DNA of 63,812 bases, the filler included, from Lama guanicoe (Eukaryota), in assembly GCA_013239625.1 (NCBI GenBank). It is 201 parts of 201 records of this genome, joined end to end, with 100 filler letters (N's around TTAATTAATTAA, not from the genome) between each part and the next. Parts side by side here need not be neighbours in the genome. Positions count along the whole stretch, not along the records: positions 62,005 to 62,222 come from PNXV01039481.1; positions 62,323 to 62,540 come from PNXV01039482.1; positions 62,641 to 62,858 come from PNXV01039483.1; positions 62,959 to 63,176 come from PNXV01039484.1; positions 63,277 to 63,494 come from PNXV01039485.1; positions 63,595 to 63,812 come from PNXV01039486.1; 195 more parts are not named here. One strand, written 5' to 3'. The notes under the pieces were generated by a model. It had not been told where the DNA came from and searched no databases. It worked only from the letters and a program-made list of their open reading frames with translations. A program made the position numbers and the translations under genes. Shown here in pieces: positions 62,005 through 63,812 of this stretch. Positions within the stretch are counted from its first letter, which is position 1, and every line of letters begins with the position of its first letter.

Positions 62005-62222
62005 ATAATGGTTTACTTAAAGTTTTCCTGATTATTCGCCTATAATAAGGGATGTCTCCTTTTAAATAATATATGTCATATAAAGCAAAACTCAACCAGA
62101 AAAGCAGTAACTTTCCTGAAAATAGAACTAAAATGTGAAGCATTACAATCTTTGACTTCCAAAAATACCTTTCGGTCTCATTAAACCTTTACTCTCATAA
62201 ATAAATAAGGTTACTTTGATAT
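62005..62222 (+). repeat. Bubble pair 5, copy B (partner 31480-31697)
   Basis: 212/218 identical to 31480-31697, same start and end. Confidence 0.97.
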
Positions 62223-62423
62223 NNNNNNNNNNNNNNNNNNNNNNNNNNNNNNNNNNNNNNNNNNNNTTAATTAATTAANNNNNNNNNNNNNNNNNNNNNN
62301 NNNNNNNNNNNNNNNNNNNNNNGGCGGCAGCGGCGGTCTGCGCTTGGATGGGGAGGAGCAAGGAGCAGGGTATCAGACTCCACTCTTTGGAAAAGCCTTT
62401 GCTTCTGTTTCCCTCTTTCTCAG

Positions 62424-62501
62424 CCATTAACCCACCCCTCAGATCTGAGCAGGCAGAAGATCAAGATTGAAAACATTCACCAGGAGAAACAACCTCGAAT
62501 G
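62424..62501 (+). other. Candidate 78-nt exon, gene unidentified
   Basis: cctttgcttctgtttccctctttctcag|CCATTA...CGAATG|gtaaga. Only frame 0 is open: PLTHPSDLSRQKIKIENIHQEKQPRM. Confidence 0.45.
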
Positions 62502-62994
62502 GTAAGAATACTCTCTGATTCTCAGTAAGCTGTCAGTGTTNNNNNNNNNNNNNNNNNNNNNNNNNNNNNNNNNNNNNNNNNNNNTTAATTAATTAANNNN
62601 NNNNNNNNNNNNNNNNNNNNNNNNNNNNNNNNNNNNNNNNCTATAAATTAAATGTAACTATAAGGATAAATACATACCTTTAAAAAAAAATCTATTTCAC
62701 TGACACCGAAACTTCTCTCCCATGGCATGGTGGACAAGTAATACCCATTAGGAAACATTGGTTGAAATAAAGGCTGGTGCACAAATTTTTCTGCCAGGAT
62801 ACAAAATATTCATTTCATATTTTGATTTAACTCCTTAGGACATCATAATTTTAACTCTNNNNNNNNNNNNNNNNNNNNNNNNNNNNNNNNNNNNNNNNNN
62901 NNTTAATTAATTAANNNNNNNNNNNNNNNNNNNNNNNNNNNNNNNNNNNNNNNNNNNNCTCAACTTGTAGGCTGCACATTCATTTCAGTCAACA

Positions 62995-63176
62995 GTTTGA
63001 ACAGACACCAGCCCAGGAAGACATACAGAGAGTAAATAAGCACACAAAAATATGCCCAACATCAGGGAATTACAAATTAAAATCACAAGGTTTCATGGCA
63101 CACCTGTTAGAACTGTTAAACTCCAAAACTATGACAACCCCATTGCTGGTGGGGAGAAACAACAGGGCTCTCCCTC
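62995..63176 (+). mobile_element. Old L1 ORF2 C-terminal fragment
   Basis: gaacagacac..gaagacatacaga..g.aaataagcac..aaaa.atgc.caacatcagggaattacaaattaaaa.cacaa..cacacctgttagaa. Confidence 0.8.
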
Positions 63177-63812
63177 NNNNNNNNNNNNNNNNNNNNNNNN
63201 NNNNNNNNNNNNNNNNNNNNTTAATTAATTAANNNNNNNNNNNNNNNNNNNNNNNNNNNNNNNNNNNNNNNNNNNNGAATAATCTATGAAATACTATTTT
63301 TAAGGTGTTTGAAACACCTACTAGACTTGACATTTTAGAATATTACACGTATGGACCATTTAATTCCAAAGGTATAAGAGAACTTTAAGTTTGTACAGTG
63401 TTTAAATATTTAAGAGGCCATAATTTACTAATGCATGCATTTGACTTACTACTTTTACTGGTTACTTTAGTTATTAGAAAATCCTCCTGGTCCCNNNNNN
63501 NNNNNNNNNNNNNNNNNNNNNNNNNNNNNNNNNNNNNNTTAATTAATTAANNNNNNNNNNNNNNNNNNNNNNNNNNNNNNNNNNNNNNNNNNNNATACTC
63601 CATTAAAATGTTCTCTGTAGTTTATAACCTTGGGACAGGTGGCAATCTCATTCAGTCGTAATATCTTTATTTGAAAAAGGGTAGTGAACTTGCTGGCTTC
63701 TAGAAGTTCTTTCAACTCTACAATTTTACGACATTCTGTTACAAAAGGTGATAGTTGTCCAAGGATAGTTGGTATTGGAAAAGGACCATTTAAAATGAAC
63801 GCCCTTAAAATG

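Larger units (their letters stand above)
1..63812. other. Artificial pseudo-scaffold of 201 size-matched (217-218 bp) unplaced mammalian contigs
   Basis: Strict 318-bp period (218-bp insert + 100-bp linker). Six inserts are 217 bp (starts 4771, 21306, 27347, 36250, 39747, 43562). Total length matches exactly. Neighbouring inserts are unrelated except for bubble pairs. Confidence 0.99.

Noticed and set aside
37..62143. ORF-track proteins of 60-90 aa
   Set aside because: Most reach the length cut-off only by reading through N codons to the linker (XXX..LIN/N). The rest lie in repeats, often on the antisense strand.
1..63812. CRISPR-like or integron-cassette-like array of constant repeats and equal-length spacers
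   Set aside because: The 'repeat' is 88 N plus a six-frame stop palindrome. The 'spacers' are mammalian repeat fragments. No cas or integron integrase gene is present.

Overview
This window is not contiguous genomic DNA. It is an artificial concatenation of 201 tiny unplaced contigs: 195 of 218 bp and 6 of 217 bp. They are joined by 200 identical 100-bp linkers (N44-TTAATTAATTAA-N44, a palindrome with TAA stops in all six frames). The arithmetic closes exactly: 201x218 - 6 + 200x100 = 63812. The inserts are mammalian genomic fragments (L1, L2, MIR, MER5A/MER53/MER58, MLT1, MER21, ERV1/ERVL pieces, microsatellites, CpG-island scraps). A Vic-1-type tRNA-SINE and the L1 3' ends point to a camelid (alpaca, llama or camel). 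Most ORF-track entries are artefacts running into N runs and the linker ('LIN'). Five co-terminal near-identical contig pairs are unpopped de Bruijn bubbles with 49-bp shared flanks. The biologically notable fragments are an AFG3L1-like exon with non-canonical flanks, an open gammaretrovirus-type gag capsid segment, an env TM-PPT-LTR junction, an LTR-PBS(tRNA-Leu) junction, a candidate 6-nt microexon, two candidate 78-nt exons and a 7-bp satellite. No multi-gene system can be supported, because adjacency between inserts is meaningless. All repeat and protein family names are recognised from memory, not from searches.
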